Made by a program: the position numbers and the translations under genes
Assembly: GCA_951406725.2 (NCBI GenBank)
Contig: OX597832.1
Span: 54,684,001 to 54,748,000, forward strand
Direction of reading: 5' to 3'
Length of the DNA: 64,000 nt
Origin: Octopus vulgaris
Taxonomy: Eukaryota
The notes under the pieces: generated by a model
The model's database searches: none
Seen by the model: only the letters and a program-made list of their open reading frames with translations
What the model was told of the DNA's origin: nothing
Shown here: one piece after another, positions 62,790-64,000 of the stretch
How the letters are laid out: each line of letters opens with the position of its first letter
How positions within the stretch are numbered: position 1 is the first letter of the stretch

Positions 62790-63186
62790 TTCAAATTTTG
62801 GTACAAGGCCAGAAATTTCGGGGAAGGGGACGCTAAGTCGATTACATCGACCCCAGTGCTCAACTGGTACTTATTTTATCGACTCCGAAAGGATGAAAGG
62901 CAAAGTTCACCTCGGCGGAATTTGAACTCAGAACATAAAGACAGACGAAATACCTATTTCTTGACTACCCACCAGGGGCTAAGCACAGAGGAGACAAACT
63001 AGACAGACAAACGGATTAAGTCGATTATATCAACCCCAGTGCGTAACTGGTACTTAATTCATCGACCCCGAAAGGATGAAAGGCAAAGTCGACCTCGACG
63101 GAATTTGAACTCAGAACGTAGCGGCAGACGAAATACCACTAAGCACTTCACCCGGCGTGCTAACGATTCTGCCATCTCATCGCCTT
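62790..63186 (-). mobile_element. SINE-A dimer (head, two bodies, alternative tail)
   Basis: Degenerate TSD GACTATA.TTAAT.ATG on both flanks. Confidence 0.9.
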
Positions 63187-63318
63187 AGAGTGACTATATT
63201 TAATCATGCCATCAGAATCAAACTCTTATTATCAAAGCAGAAAACAATCTAAATTGTTTGCAAATGTGTAAATAATTTAGAAGTAATTTAGTAACATTGG
63301 AAATAATAGTTAAACAAT

Positions 63319-63716
63319 TGGCACAGGAGTGGTTTACAAACCACATGGTTCCAGGTTCAGTCCCACCTTGGGACCTTGGGCAAGTGTCTTCTACTATAGC
63401 CTCGGGCCGACCAAAGCCTTGTGAGTGGATTTGGTAGACGGAAACTGAAAGAAGCCTGTCGTATATATATGTATATATATGTATGTGTGTGTATATGTTT
63501 GCATGCCTGTGTTTGTCTCCCCGCATCCCAACATCGCTTGACAACCGATGCCGGTGTGTTTACGTCCCCGTAACTTAGCAGTTCGGCAAAAGAGACCGAT
63601 AGAATAAGTACTAGGCTTCCAAAGAATAAGTCCACGGGTCGATTTGCTCGACTAAAGGCAGTGCTCCAGCATGGCCACAGTCAAATGACTGAAACAAGTA
63701 AAAGAGTAAAAGAGTA
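63319..63716 (+). mobile_element. SINE-B with a ~27-bp TSD GTAACATT(G/A)GAAATAATAGTTAAACAA
   Basis: Duplication at ~63291-63317 and ~63713-63739. Confidence 0.92.
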
Positions 63717-63820
63717 ACATTAGAAATAATAGTTAAACAACTGTGTTAAGTTTGAGAGGTTTTCGAATCCCTTTATGTTTTAGTTATATTAAACCATAAT
63801 TGTTATTTAATAATAATCTT

Positions 63821-63928
63821 GCTTACAACTACATAAAGTTGAAAACACCGGTTCCCTTCCGATCACCGAATTTAAACAACATCGAGGGCCTGGATAGTAC
63901 TTAGGTGAATGAGCAAGGTGTCGTATGC
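63821..63928 (+). pseudogene. 5S rRNA-derived sequence (pseudogene or SINE3-type head)
   Basis: GCTTAC...GTTGAAAACACCGGTTC..TCCGATCACCGAA.TTAA.CAAC.TCGAG..CCTGGATAGTACTT.G.TG..TGA.C...GGTGTCGTA follows the invertebrate 5S sequence as I recall it, with substitutions and loss of the GCCTGGGAATACC segment. Confidence 0.85.
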
Positions 63929-64000
63929 AAAGCCTTATTTCTCGCCAATTAGCGGTTCGATAAAAAGAGACCGATAAAATAAGACTTAACAAAACAAAAA

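Overview
AT-rich, repeat-saturated eukaryotic DNA that looks like an intronic or intergenic stretch of an octopus-type (coleoid cephalopod) genome. The organism is inferred from the SINE and microsatellite make-up and is not proven. I found no intact host protein-coding gene, and almost every long ORF in the track is a translated microsatellite or SINE. Recognisable content: (1) decayed R4/Dong-type RLE non-LTR retrotransposons, several tied to (TAA)n tracts; (2) two Penelope-like GIY-YIG fragments, one ending in a complete minimal hammerhead-ribozyme fold with an unusual A3-U8 core; (3) a small dispersed family of hammerhead-like (TA)n-anchored repeats; (4) dozens of copies of 4-5 tRNA-derived SINE families (my labels A-E), with family A forming 184-bp tandem arrays that include 368-bp higher-order units; (5) Tc1/mariner-pogo MITEs and a complete non-autonomous Helitron; (6) a 5S rRNA-derived segment fused to a SINE body; (7) two fold-back inverted repeats and very long simple repeats. 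Boundaries were read by eye and may be off by several bases.
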